Shown piece after piece: positions 20,393 through 30,603 of a stretch of 64,000 nt of DNA (position 1 is the stretch's first letter; each line of letters opens with the position of its first letter). A program made the translations under genes and the position numbers. Source of the stretch: Patescibacteria group bacterium (GTDB lineage Bacteria; Patescibacteriota; Patescibacteriia; JAXHNJ01); assembly GCA_043812155.1 (NCBI GenBank), contig JBDRMK010000030.1, forward strand, positions 8,407 to 72,406. The letters run 5' to 3'. The notes under the pieces are model-generated. The model was not told where the DNA came from and did no database searches. It saw nothing but the letters and a program-made list of their open reading frames with translations.

Positions 20393-21847
20393 ATGCCAAG
20401 AAAAAAAGAAAAATTTTACATCACTACACCGATCTATTATGTCAACGATAAGCCGCATTTAGGCCATGCTTACACCACTTTGGCCGCGGATATCCTGGCC
20501 CGGTATTACCGCGACAAGCTGGGAAAAGACAAAGTTTTTTTCCTGACGGGCACGGATGAGCACGGAACGAAAGTAGCCCAGGCGGCCGCTAAAGAAGGCA
20601 AAGAGCCCCAGGTTTTTTGCGACGAAGTGTCGGCGCTGTATAAAAAAGCCTGGGTGACTTTAGGCATTGAATATGATTATTTCGTCCGGACCACGGATAA
20701 ACGCCATCTGGAGTCTGTTAATAAATTTATGCAGAAACTGAAAGATAATAAGGCGGTTTACGAGGATAAATACGAGGGCTTGTATTGCGAAGGCTGCGAA
20801 AAGTTCATGACGGAAAAAGATCTGGTTGATGGGAAATGCCCTGACCATAAAACCGCGCCGATAAAATTATCGGAAAAAAATTATTTTTTCAAACTTAACA
20901 ATTACATTGATAAAGTTAAAGAACTGATTGAAAAAGATGAAATAAAAATACTTCCCGCGGAAAGAAAGAATGAAGTTTTGTCTTTAATAAATCAGGGTCT
21001 GGAAGATTTTTCCGTTTCCCGGGAAAAAGTGAAATGGGGCATCCCGCTGGTTTTTGAGAAAAAGCAGGTGGTTTACGTTTGGGTGGAAGCTTTGCAGAAT
21101 TATATTTCCGCCATCGGTTATGGCGATAATGAAAAAGAATTCAAAAAGTGGTGGCCGGCGGACCTGCATCTGATGGCTAAAGACATTCTGAAATTCCACG
21201 CTGTCTACTGGCCAGCCTTGCTTTTGGCTGTGGGCGAAGAGCCGCCAAAAGAGGAATTCATCCATGGTTTCTTCACTATAAATAACCAGAAAATGTCCAA
21301 GAGTTTGGGTAATGTATTGGATCCAAATTCATTGGTGGCTGAATACGGAATGGACGCGGCCCGCTATTTATTGATCTCTCAGTTTCCTTTCGGGGCGGAC
21401 GGGGATATCAATGAGGTCAGATTTAAGGAAAAATACAATGCGGACCTGGCCAATAATCTGGGCAATTTAACGGCCCGGGTCTTGAACATGATAGAAAAGT
21501 ATTGTGACGGAAAAATTCCTCAAAATTTAATGAACCCAAAAAGTTTCGAGAAAGTCAGCGCTTTAATTGAAAAATACAGCTTTGACCAGGCGTTGGCTGA
21601 GATATTAAACGTGGTCACCTGGGCCAACCAGACCATTGATAAAAATGAGCCTTGGAAACTGGCCAAGAGCCCGGAGAAAAAAGACAAGGAAAGACTTTTC
21701 ACGCTATTAAGCGAATTAGCCAGCCTTCTTTGCGAACTGGCAGGAGCGATTAAACCCTTTATGCCGGGAACAGCGGAAAAAATTACTAATTCCCTGGTTT
21801 GTGATAAAATAACCAAGGGGGAAGCCTTATTCCCGAGAATTAACTAA
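20393..21847 (+). CDS. metG: Methionine--tRNA ligase
   Basis: ITTPIYYVN.PHLGH, GTDEHG, KMSKS. Confidence 0.97.
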   Translation: MPRKKEKFYITTPIYYVNDKPHLGHAYTTLAADILARYYRDKLGKDKVFFLTGTDEHGTKVAQAAAKEGKEPQVFCDEVSALYKKAWVTLGIEYDYFVRTTDKRHLESVNKFMQKLKDNKAVYEDKYEGLYCEGCEKFMTEKDLVDGKCPDHKTAPIKLSEKNYFFKLNNYIDKVKELIEKDEIKILPAERKNEVLSLINQGLEDFSVSREKVKWGIPLVFEKKQVVYVWVEALQNYISAIGYGDNEKEFKKWWPADLHLMAKDILKFHAVYWPALLLAVGEEPPKEEFIHGFFTINNQKMSKSLGNVLDPNSLVAEYGMDAARYLLISQFPFGADGDINEVRFKEKYNADLANNLGNLTARVLNMIEKYCDGKIPQNLMNPKSFEKVSALIEKYSFDQALAEILNVVTWANQTIDKNEPWKLAKSPEKKDKERLFTLLSELASLLCELAGAIKPFMPGTAEKITNSLVCDKITKGEALFPRIN

Positions 21848-21854
21848 AAAACAT

Positions 21855-22358
21855 ATGCAATTTTTTGACGGCGTTATTTTAGTGGCTTTCTTCGGTTTTT
21901 GCTGGTTTGGCTTTTGGCGGGGCTTGATTGAAACCGTCGGCTCGATCCTGGGGATTTTTTTGGGGGTTATTTTAGCCAGCCGCTGGTACGACGACTTGAT
22001 CGCTCTTTTCGGGTTTAGGGATAATACCGGGGTTAAGATCGCCGCTTTTATCATTCTTCTTATTTTGATTTCCAAGCTGGTGGGCGCCTTGGCCCGACTT
22101 ATCAGCAAGACTTTCGGAACGGTGGCTATCCTGCCTGGCTTGAGGTTATTGAACCGTTTAGGCGGCCTTATTTTAGGGGCGATAGAAGGCGCCTTGGTCT
22201 TGGGGATTATTTTGAATTTCATCAAGACGGTTTCCGAAGCCGCGGCTTTGTCCGGCTCTTTTGCCAATTCCGAACTGGTAAGCTTTTTTATAGTTTTTTC
22301 TTCTTGGCTGGTGCCTTTGTTTCCGGAGGCCGTGCGCCAGATAGATGAAGTGATTTAA
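21855..22358 (+). CDS. cvpA: CvpA (colicin V production) family membrane protein
   Basis: GFWRGLI.....LNRLGG.ILG.IEG pattern. Confidence 0.85.
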   Translation: MQFFDGVILVAFFGFCWFGFWRGLIETVGSILGIFLGVILASRWYDDLIALFGFRDNTGVKIAAFIILLILISKLVGALARLISKTFGTVAILPGLRLLNRLGGLILGAIEGALVLGIILNFIKTVSEAAALSGSFANSELVSFFIVFSSWLVPLFPEAVRQIDEVI

Positions 22359-22359
22359 A

Positions 22360-22698
22360 ATGATTGATAATTATGAATTCGGCCGGATCTTAATTTGTGG
22401 CCGGGAATATCAAAAGGATGTCTGGGTGGGAATGAAGGGGGTTTCCGATTGGAAACGTTCCCAAGGTCACGCCGTCTATGTCGACGATGTGAAAGGGACA
22501 GTCAAAGAACAGCCTGAAATCGTGATCATCGGCAACGGCGCGGATTCCATTATGCAGGTTTCTCAGGAAGTCCATGAATTTTTCAAGGATAAAAAAATTT
22601 CCCTGCTCATAAAAGATTCGGCGGCGGCCTGCGAAGAATATAACCGACTTAAACAGCAGGGCAAGAGAGTAATTGCTTTAATCCATTTAACTTGTTAG
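22360..22698 (+). CDS. Mth938-like domain protein
   Basis: YEFGRI, PEIVIIGNG, AC..YN, ALIHLTC. Confidence 0.88.
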   Translation: MIDNYEFGRILICGREYQKDVWVGMKGVSDWKRSQGHAVYVDDVKGTVKEQPEIVIIGNGADSIMQVSQEVHEFFKDKKISLLIKDSAAACEEYNRLKQQGKRVIALIHLTC

Positions 22699-22711
22699 CT
22701 TATTTAGTTGA

Positions 22712-22868
22712 AAATTCGAATATCTAAATCCTAAATCCTAAACAAATATCAATATTAAAATTACAAATCCGAAACCCCGTTTAGAAATGCGATTTCTAAC
22801 GGGGAAACCGGTTTGAAAAATTGGTGCTTAGAATTTGTTTAGAATTTAGAAATTAGAATTTAGGATTT
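22712..22868. repeat. Inverted pair of 7-nt-period arrays with a nested CCCCGTTAGAAA palindrome
   Basis: Left arm AAATCCT-type, right arm its reverse complement, centre palindrome at 22775-22804. Confidence 0.8.
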
Positions 22869-22876
22869 AAAGAAAT

Positions 22877-23659
22877 ATGCTAATAGACACTCACTGCCAT
22901 TTAAACTTTGAAGCTTTTGAAAAAGATTACCAGGCGGTGGCCAAGCGTTGTCAGGAAAAAGGCATGAAGATCGTGACCGTCGGCTCCCAAAAACAAACCA
23001 GCCAGCGGGCGGTTGATTTAGCCCATGAATTTGATTTTGTTTTCGCGGCCGTGGGCCTGCATCCCACTCATTTATCCGATGAAGAATTTTCCAGCGAAGA
23101 GTATTTAAAAATGGCCGAAGATCTCAAGGTGGTGGCCATTGGCGAAACCGGCCTGGATTATTACCAAATGTGGGCGGAAAACAAGCAGGAAGAGCAGGCC
23201 GCCAAAGACGGCCAGAAAGAGCTCTTAAAAAAACATTTGCTCTTGGCCAAAGAATCAAATTTGCCGGTAATCTTGCACTGTCGAGACGCCTATGAGGATC
23301 TGATCGGTTTTTTAAGAACGCAAGACAGGATTCCTGGCGTTGTCCATTGCTTTCTTTCTTCGCGAGCCATTGCCCGCCAATTCTTGGATTTAGGCTTGTA
23401 TTTGGGTTTTACCGGTATTATCACCTTTACCGATGACCAGGAGTTGTTCGAAGTAATTAAGGAAGTGCCTTTGGAGAAGATGTTTATTGAAACTGACTCT
23501 CCCTATTTAGCGCCCCAAGCCTTCAGAGGCAAACGCTGCGAGCCGATATACGTGGAAGAAGTAGCCAAGAAGATCGCCGAATTAAAGAATATTCCGGTGG
23601 AAAAGGTGATCGAACAGACCGGCCAGAATGCCATTGATTTTTTTAAGATACGAGTTTAG
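22877..23659 (+). CDS. tatD: TatD family hydrolase
   Basis: DTHCH, GLHP, IGETGLDY, LHCR, VHCF, ETDSPYL. Confidence 0.95.
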   Translation: MLIDTHCHLNFEAFEKDYQAVAKRCQEKGMKIVTVGSQKQTSQRAVDLAHEFDFVFAAVGLHPTHLSDEEFSSEEYLKMAEDLKVVAIGETGLDYYQMWAENKQEEQAAKDGQKELLKKHLLLAKESNLPVILHCRDAYEDLIGFLRTQDRIPGVVHCFLSSRAIARQFLDLGLYLGFTGIITFTDDQELFEVIKEVPLEKMFIETDSPYLAPQAFRGKRCEPIYVEEVAKKIAELKNIPVEKVIEQTGQNAIDFFKIRV

Positions 23660-23694
23660 ATATTTAGTAATTAAGATATTGAGATATTAAGATT

Positions 23695-24762
23695 ATGCAA
23701 ACGTGGTATATAATTATTGGTATAGTGATAGTGGGGATTTTCCTGGCGGTTTTTATTTACTTTATTTTATCCCGCAAATTAAAAAATTTGGGGGAAACAA
23801 AAAAAGACGACCAGTCTCTCTTAATGCTGCAAAATCAGATCAGTGAAATCAACCGGACATTGGATACTAAATTAGGCGAGTCAACCAAGATGTTCGCGAG
23901 CCAGAGAAGCGAAGACAATAAAATAATCAAAGACATAACAGAACGATTGACTAAGCTGGACGAAACCAATAAACAGGTATTAGAATTTTCTGATCAGCTG
24001 AATAAATTACAAGATACTTTAAGCAATCCAAAGCAAAGAGGGATATTCGGCGAATACCAACTGGAAATGCTTTTAAAGAATTCATTCCAGCCGAATCAGT
24101 ATAAAATGCAGTATCAGTTTAAAGACGGGGTGATTGTTGACGCCGTCTTGTTTCTGGGAGAAAAAATAATACCTATTGATTCAAAATTTTCTCTTGAAAA
24201 TTATAATAAAATTGTTGATGAGAACGACAGCACAATAAGAGGCCAGTTGGAAAAGACGTTTAAAAATGATTTAAAAAACAGAATTGACGAAACGGCAAAA
24301 TATATCAGACCGGAAGAGGGGACTATTGATTTTGCTTTTATGTTTATACCCGCGGAAGGAATATTTTACGATTTGTTGGTTAATAAAGTCGGCGCCATAA
24401 AAGTAAACACACGGGATTTGATAGATTACGCTATTAACGAGAAAAAAGTGCATATTGTTTCCCCGACTACTTTTTATGTAACCTTACAGTCGCTTTGGCA
24501 GGGTATGCGCGCTTATCAGGTTCAGGAGAAGACAAAAGATATTTTAAAAAGAGTCGGGATGCTCGATAAGCATATTAAATCTTATGATCATTATTTCAAG
24601 AAATTAGGCGGTCATTTGGCCACCACAATTAATACCTATAACTTCGCTTCTAAAGAGTATCAAAAAATAGATAAAGATGTCACGAAACTTATAGGCGGGG
24701 AGTCAACCATAGATCCACTTATTTTGGATAAACCTAAAGAAAATGAATTGGGAGAGGAATAA
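23695..24762 (+). CDS. rmuC: DNA recombination protein RmuC
   Basis: TM plus coiled coil, RGIFGE, IDSKF, KYI.P..T.DFA.MFIP.E, SPTT. Confidence 0.93.
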   Translation: MQTWYIIIGIVIVGIFLAVFIYFILSRKLKNLGETKKDDQSLLMLQNQISEINRTLDTKLGESTKMFASQRSEDNKIIKDITERLTKLDETNKQVLEFSDQLNKLQDTLSNPKQRGIFGEYQLEMLLKNSFQPNQYKMQYQFKDGVIVDAVLFLGEKIIPIDSKFSLENYNKIVDENDSTIRGQLEKTFKNDLKNRIDETAKYIRPEEGTIDFAFMFIPAEGIFYDLLVNKVGAIKVNTRDLIDYAINEKKVHIVSPTTFYVTLQSLWQGMRAYQVQEKTKDILKRVGMLDKHIKSYDHYFKKLGGHLATTINTYNFASKEYQKIDKDVTKLIGGESTIDPLILDKPKENELGEE

Positions 24763-24947
24763 TGAAGCTCTCTGATTACCAGAAAGCCAGAGAAAAGATT
24801 TTGTATAAAGGCCCGGTTTATAATCCGATAAAAGAGGGCTTGAAGAAAGGCTTTAATTTTCTCAAGCTTTTCTGGGCGCTGATCGTCTTAGGAATAATTT
24901 TTTTGTTTTTGCGTTTTTACGGCGATAAATTAGGCATTAAGTTTTAA
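24762..24947 (+). CDS. Small membrane protein
   Basis: Overlaps the rmuC stop (TAATG), one TM segment. Confidence 0.5.
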   Translation: MKLSDYQKAREKILYKGPVYNPIKEGLKKGFNFLKLFWALIVLGIIFLFLRFYGDKLGIKF

Positions 24948-24986
24948 GATAAATCATTAAGTTCATTTCCAGGAGGGAGGCAGCTT

Positions 24987-25256
24987 ATGCGACTTGACAT
25001 TGTTGGCATTTCTTTGGGTTGCGCCCTGCTAATAAGTTTAGCGGCCAATTTTTTTCAGGCGAAAAGGAACCGCCTAGAGCGGAGAATCAGCCAGTCACTA
25101 AGGGAGGAAGTCATTGCTTTATCCCGTGAATTGAAAGAACGCGATCATTTCTGCTCACTTTGCCAAAATGCGATTGCCATTGAAGAAATATTATTTTCAA
25201 CCGAAGAAGAGGAGTGGACCGAGGAAATTGACGAAAAAAGAGCGATTGAGAATTAA
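24987..25256 (+). CDS. Hypothetical membrane-anchored protein
   Basis: AGGAGG SD, N-terminal hydrophobic helix, CxxC, terminator at about 25266-25298. Confidence 0.55.
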   Translation: MRLDIVGISLGCALLISLAANFFQAKRNRLERRISQSLREEVIALSRELKERDHFCSLCQNAIAIEEILFSTEEEEWTEEIDEKRAIEN

Positions 25257-25473
25257 AAGGAAGCAAGCCCCTTTATCACGATAATTTAGGGGCTTTTTAT
25301 CATTGACAAATAAACGCATTTTTTGTAAGGTAAAAGACAATATTTAGGAGGAAATTGAACGTTGACAATCTAACTTTTTCCCAAAAATGGGTTTGAAAGG
25401 GGTGAACCAAAAAGCAAAAAAGCAACTAGTGGCGTTTTCAAGCGATTGTTTTTCAAGAAAGGAAGTGGAAGAA

Positions 25474-26943
25474 ATGCCTCGAATCAGTAAAATAATAGGG
25501 GAGGGCTTAACGTTTGATGACGTTTTGCTCGTTCCGGGATATTCTAAGATCCATCCCAGAAAGGTTCAGGTCGGCACCCGGCTGACGCGAAAGATCAGGC
25601 TTAATATTCCGATCGTTTCGGCGGCTATGGACACGGTGACCGAAGCTGAATTGGCCATTGCTTTGGCCAGAGAAGGCGGCCTCGGCATCATCCATAAGAA
25701 CATGAGCATTGCCGAACAGGCCCGCCACGTGGACAGAGTCAAGCGATCGCAAAGCGGTCTGATTCCTGACCCGATTACCTTGCGGCCGGATCAAACCGTG
25801 GGTGAGGCGAGAAGGCTCATGAAGAAGTACCGTTTCTCCGGCTTTCCGGTCGTCGACGGGAAAAAACTCGTCGGCATCCTTACCAGCCGCGATCTGCGTT
25901 TCGTGAAAAGGGACGATCGTCCGGTAAAGGAGGTCATGACGGCGAAAAATCTGGTTACGGCTCACGTCGGTATTTCCCTGGCCAGAGCCGAGGAGATACT
26001 GCACGAGAACCGGATTGAGAAACTGCCTATCGTCGACCGGCGCGGCCATCTGAAAGGTCTGATCACTTTCCGGGACATCCAGAAGCGTAATGACTTCCCG
26101 AATGCCTGTAAAGACGAGCAGGGTCGCTTGCGTGTCGGGGCGGCGGTCGGCGTTTCGGCGGACACCATGGAAAGAGTGGCCGCTTTGGTTGGAAAGCATG
26201 TTGACGTTATCGTGGTGGATACCGCCCATGCGCATTCAAAGGGGGCGCTTGAGACGATCAAGAAGATTCGGAAAGTCTATCCTGGCTTGCAGCTTATCGG
26301 CGGCAATATCGCCACCGCAGCCGCGGCCAGAAGTCTTATCCGTCTGGGTGTTGACGCCATCAAGATAGGCATGGGTCCGAGCGCTATCTGCACCACGCGC
26401 ATCATCGCCGGCGTAGGCGTGCCCCAGCTGACGGCCATCATGGATTGTGCCAAGGTTGCGGCCGAGGCGGGAATTCCTCTGATTGCCGACGGCGGCATCA
26501 AATTCTCCGGCGACATTGCGAAAGCCATCGCGGCCGGTGCGGATTCCGTGATGATAGGCAGTCTCTTTGCCGGCACAGACGAAAGCCCGGGCGAAATCGT
26601 CTACTTCGAAGGCAAGAACTATAAGACTTACCGCGGCATGGGGTCGCTGGAGGCGATGAAGAAAGGCAGCGCTGATCGCTACGGCCAGGATGCCAGTACG
26701 GATGAATCAAAGCTCGTGCCAGAAGGAATTGAAGGCCGTGTTTCGCACATAGGCAGTCTGGCCAGCAACATTTACCAGCTTATGGGAGGATTGCGAGCCG
26801 GCATGGGTTACTGCGGCGCGGCCACGATTGAAGAACTGAAGGCTAAAGGCCGTTTCATCCGCATTACCAACGCGGGCTTACGCGAGAGTCATCCGCACGA
26901 CATAAACATTACCAAAGAAGCGCCGAACTACCGGACGAGCTAA
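25474..26943 (+). CDS. guaB: IMP dehydrogenase
   Basis: [18 protein letters not shown] pair, [28 protein letters not shown]. Confidence 0.97.
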   Translation: MPRISKIIGEGLTFDDVLLVPGYSKIHPRKVQVGTRLTRKIRLNIPIVSAAMDTVTEAELAIALAREGGLGIIHKNMSIAEQARHVDRVKRSQSGLIPDPITLRPDQTVGEARRLMKKYRFSGFPVVDGKKLVGILTSRDLRFVKRDDRPVKEVMTAKNLVTAHVGISLARAEEILHENRIEKLPIVDRRGHLKGLITFRDIQKRNDFPNACKDEQGRLRVGAAVGVSADTMERVAALVGKHVDVIVVDTAHAHSKGALETIKKIRKVYPGLQLIGGNIATAAAARSLIRLGVDAIKIGMGPSAICTTRIIAGVGVPQLTAIMDCAKVAAEAGIPLIADGGIKFSGDIAKAIAAGADSVMIGSLFAGTDESPGEIVYFEGKNYKTYRGMGSLEAMKKGSADRYGQDASTDESKLVPEGIEGRVSHIGSLASNIYQLMGGLRAGMGYCGAATIEELKAKGRFIRITNAGLRESHPHDINITKEAPNYRTS

Positions 26944-26956
26944 GGAGGTGGACACC

Positions 26957-28468
26957 ATGCAGTACAAACAGTTAGAAGTAGAGGAGTATTTGAGGAGACT
27001 TTGGGACAAGTATAATGGCCGTGCGTTCACCATACTTTGCGGCGACCAGTGGGGAGACGGCGGAAAACGAGCGGTGGAGTCGGCGATTATTGAATACCAT
27101 GACGTTTGTGTGCGGCTGCAAGGCGGAGCGAATACCGGCGGAACGGCATATGTCATCGGGTCAGATGGCCTGCTTCACAAGTTTGTCTTCCATCTTATTC
27201 CGATCGGCTGGGTATTCGGCAAGCCGGCCATCATCGGTGACCGGGTGCTCATTGATCTCACTCGTCTCATTACGGAGACCCGGGATTTATTTGCCGTCTG
27301 CGGGAAACCATCCGCTCCTCTCTACATCAGCAAGAAAGCGCCGGTGTACTTGAGGATTCACAGCCTGTGTGAGCAGTGGGTGGAGTATATCAAAGGAGGT
27401 CACAGGATCGGGACTACCGGTCGCGGTATCGGTCCGATGATGGCCTTCACCGATCTTAGGCTTAATCTTCTGGTCGGGCACCTTTATTACCCGGATTTGG
27501 TCAGACGGTATGTCAGAGAAGCCTATCAGTTCTTAGCTCCGATCATAAAAGAGATGGATCAGCTCGGTCTGATCAGAAGTAATGATTACGATCCGGAGGA
27601 AGAAATCGCCGAGCTTCTCGCGCAAGCCGAGCCGATCCGGGAGTATGTTACGGATACAGGACCGATTCTTCACGACCTGGCCGCCAGGAACGTGCCCACG
27701 CTTTTCGGCCTGACTCAAGGCTTTGGTTTGCACTTCAGCGGAACTTATCCCTGGAATTCGGCTACGGAGTCGATTGCGTCAGGTGCCGCTTACTGCTGCG
27801 GTCTGCCTGGCAAGTATTTCGGGCCGGTGATCATGGTCTCCAAACTGCTTCCGACCCGGGTAGGAGCCGGGCCGTTTCCCACTGGCTGGTGGAAACGTCA
27901 GGAAGCCGAACAGTTTCCCAAAGATCATCCGGAACTGTTTTCCGATCTGCCGGAGTATGATCCGGAAGAGCGAGAGCAGTTCCTAGCGGAGAACCGGGAG
28001 AAAATCAACCGGGGAACAGCGAACGATATCGAGAAGGCCCAGTATTTCATGGTTTTGGGTGTTGAAAAGGGCGCTTCAACTGGGCGCGGAAGGGAAGTCG
28101 GTTTTCCCGATCTTCACGTAACTGACTGCGCCTGCGCTGTTAATGGCGTGGACAGTCTCGTTCTGACCCGCGTTGACATGCTTTCCGGTTTGGAGTTTCA
28201 ATTGCCGGTCTGCGTCGGTTACCACCTTGATGGTCAGCCGGTACCTCGATTTGTTCTTCCCACGCCGGCTGAGTCTCTGGAAAGAGTGGAACTTGATTGC
28301 GAGCCGCTTGACATCCATCTCTGTGGCGTGAATCTCACCAACTGCAGCCGCGAAGAAGCCCTGCCGCCGGATATCACCAGGCTGGTTGAATTTTATGAGC
28401 AACGGCTTGGCGTTCCGGTCAGCCTTTCAACTTCGCCTGAAAAAGGAGGGAAGATTTTCAGGCTTTAG
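26957..28468 (+). CDS. Divergent adenylosuccinate synthetase-like protein
   Basis: QWGDGGK, QGGAN, HLIP, IGTTGRGIGP, GTYP, TRVGAGPFPT, TGR.R. Several catalytic motifs are altered. Confidence 0.85.
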   Translation: MQYKQLEVEEYLRRLWDKYNGRAFTILCGDQWGDGGKRAVESAIIEYHDVCVRLQGGANTGGTAYVIGSDGLLHKFVFHLIPIGWVFGKPAIIGDRVLIDLTRLITETRDLFAVCGKPSAPLYISKKAPVYLRIHSLCEQWVEYIKGGHRIGTTGRGIGPMMAFTDLRLNLLVGHLYYPDLVRRYVREAYQFLAPIIKEMDQLGLIRSNDYDPEEEIAELLAQAEPIREYVTDTGPILHDLAARNVPTLFGLTQGFGLHFSGTYPWNSATESIASGAAYCCGLPGKYFGPVIMVSKLLPTRVGAGPFPTGWWKRQEAEQFPKDHPELFSDLPEYDPEEREQFLAENREKINRGTANDIEKAQYFMVLGVEKGASTGRGREVGFPDLHVTDCACAVNGVDSLVLTRVDMLSGLEFQLPVCVGYHLDGQPVPRFVLPTPAESLERVELDCEPLDIHLCGVNLTNCSREEALPPDITRLVEFYEQRLGVPVSLSTSPEKGGKIFRL

Positions 28469-28633
28469 GCACTTTTTCGATGTTTGAATAAGGGGTTTCG
28501 TCTCTCGCAGACGGGACCCCATTTTTTTATTATAAGATAATAAAAAAGCTTTAGTCTTGACAGCGGGGAAATATTATGCTATCATAGTTTTAATTATTTT
28601 ATTTGATCTTTCATTTAGCACGGAGGTATCTTC

Positions 28634-28900
28634 ATGATTACCGGCAGGAAAAGACTGATGGTGAGAATACTCTATACCATCATCATGTTCGCGATCCTCT
28701 TCGGCCCTCTGTATCTTTACGGCCGCAGAAATGTGGAAGCCCTGGATAAGATGATTCAGTCAAGAATCTATGATCAGGATTTTTTCTGGGGCGTCGTAAC
28801 CATTATGTTTATACTTCTCGGCTTCTTCGGTCTTGGTATGTATCTGGTTTGGTTCCGCTTCTGGGAATACCCGGTCTACGCGGTGAGAAAGAAGGGTTAA
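28634..28900 (+). CDS. Small two-TM membrane protein
   Basis: GGAGG SD, promoter at 28557, terminator at about 28927-28960. Confidence 0.6.
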   Translation: MITGRKRLMVRILYTIIMFAILFGPLYLYGRRNVEALDKMIQSRIYDQDFFWGVVTIMFILLGFFGLGMYLVWFRFWEYPVYAVRKKG

Positions 28901-29037
28901 GCCTTTCTGCTCTCACGAATGACAATAAGCCCGCGGCCGCCTTTGGTTCGCGGGTTTTTCTTTGACAAAAAACTTTTTTTAAAAATAAAAAAGGGCGGCT
29001 CCGAGGAGTCGCCCATGTGCGAACATGCGAGATGTGC

Positions 29038-29724
29038 TTAGCTTGCCAAGCGAGCCTTGGCTTTCTCGACGATTTTCTGATAGAACGATTCTTCGGAAAG
29101 ACGCGCAACCTGGGCAAAGTAGCCGAGTAATTCTCGAGCTATCTGCTCTTGAACGTCGAAGGTATTCCCCTTCAACTGATACCGACTCTTGCCTTGCTGG
29201 TCAATCTCCGGATATCGTTTCCGGTTGTTTGCCATCCTTTCGGCCAGGTCGGGAAAATCACTGCCTGCGGTCAAGTCATCCGCCAGGTGGATAATCTGAC
29301 ACAGATCGGAAAGGTGTTCCCATTCCAGGAATGCCTGGAGGCTGGTGTGACCGACAGACTGGCTGGCGGCAATAAAATCATTGGGCCAGCCCATATTATG
29401 CAAGAAATCCTCCTGCGCTTTAGCCTGCCGATCGTACTCAGCGGCGACGTCACCGTTTTGAACCTTGACCGCTTTGACCGCTTCTATCTCGCGGCGCTTC
29501 CCTGCGTCATGGATGAGGGCGGCACAGACTACTCTGTAGGGCTTTTCGAGTCCAGTAAGATTGGCGATGGCCATTCCGATGGCGGCCACGGCGCTCATGT
29601 GAGCGCAGACGTTTTCCCAAGCCGGGTCAAGCAGGCCGCCTTCTTCCCAGGTGGCTTGGATACGTTCGAGCGCTCCTGTATTCAGCAGATCGTCAAAAAT
29701 AGACAGGTACTTCGATAACATCAA
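29038..29724 (-). CDS. HD-domain phosphohydrolase
   Basis: NVCAHM...LIHDAGK...GH...LADD metal-binding pattern. Confidence 0.75.
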   Translation of the reverse strand: MMLSKYLSIFDDLLNTGALERIQATWEEGGLLDPAWENVCAHMSAVAAIGMAIANLTGLEKPYRVVCAALIHDAGKRREIEAVKAVKVQNGDVAAEYDRQAKAQEDFLHNMGWPNDFIAASQSVGHTSLQAFLEWEHLSDLCQIIHLADDLTAGSDFPDLAERMANNRKRYPEIDQQGKSRYQLKGNTFDVQEQIARELLGYFAQVARLSEESFYQKIVEKAKARLAS

Positions 29725-29878
29725 TACTCTCCCTTCTGTTTCGGTTCCCTTTTCAAGACCACGATTAAATGAGCGGAAAACTAGCGATAAATCTTAGCAC
29801 TTTGGATGTTATTTGTCAAGGGTTTATTTTACCAAAAAACAGCCCCAATCGACTTAAGGCTGTTTGTTTAGTATTTTT

Positions 29879-30502
29879 TTAAGCTTCCTGCGTGATGATG
29901 TCTTTTACTTTCATCAAAGCGGTGATCGTGCTTCTCTCCTGTTCGTTGAGTTTGGCGGTGATATATTTGATTGTTTCATCCATGTTGGGAATAAAAACAT
30001 ATTCCAGGGCGTTGACTCTTCGCCGGGTCTTTTCAATCTCTGAGGCCATCAGTTTGGCCGAGTGCTCGATCTGGGCGAGCCTAACCATATCTTCCAGAAC
30101 TTCAGAAAAAGTCTCTAAAGAAGTATCCAGCTCCGCCGAAGTGGAAGCGAGCGAATAACTGACAAAATCACCTTCGCTTTTGTAATCAAAAAGCGGCGTA
30201 TAGACGCTCATCACGTTTTTAGTAGAGACGGAAAGGGAGGTTTTTTTGGAAGGATAAGCCAGGGCCTCGGCCATCACTTCCGGCCGCATGTCCGCCGAAG
30301 CGAAAATAAAGGATTTAAAAGCCAGGCTCAGCTTTTTTTCCGTTTTTTCCCGGAGTTCCCGGGCCTGCTTGATCACGCCTAAGAATTCCTTCATCAGGCC
30401 GTCGCGCTTTTCTTTCAGCAGTTTGTGGCCGCGGCGGGCGGTGATGACTTTTTTCTTGAGCTTGATAAGCTCCATTCGGGTCGGATTGATAGTGAGGCGC
30501 AC
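29879..30502 (-). CDS. ntpD: V/A-type ATPase subunit D
   Basis: PTRMEL, RGHKLLKEKRD, EIEKTRRRVNALE. Confidence 0.95.
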   Translation of the reverse strand: MRLTINPTRMELIKLKKKVITARRGHKLLKEKRDGLMKEFLGVIKQARELREKTEKKLSLAFKSFIFASADMRPEVMAEALAYPSKKTSLSVSTKNVMSVYTPLFDYKSEGDFVSYSLASTSAELDTSLETFSEVLEDMVRLAQIEHSAKLMASEIEKTRRRVNALEYVFIPNMDETIKYITAKLNEQERSTITALMKVKDIITQEA

Positions 30503-30530
30503 GTTGGTTGATTGGTTAGTTAGTTTGTAT

Positions 30531-30600
30531 TAGACAGTAGACAATAGACATTTGACACGAAACTTTAAGAATTGTCTTATTGTCGATTGTCTTCATGTCT
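30531..30600. repeat. Inverted TAGACAN-period array
   Basis: TAGACAG TAGACAA TAGACAT TTGACAC, followed by four TGTC-containing units. Confidence 0.75.
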
Positions 30601-30603
30601 TAA

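Noticed and set aside
25300-25473. Purine riboswitch upstream of guaB
   Set aside because: No recognisable purine-riboswitch core sequence is visible.
26957-28468. Calling the PurA-like gene purZ
   Set aside because: PurZ replaces the catalytic Asp with Ser. Here the Asp is kept (WGDG) and there is no phage context.
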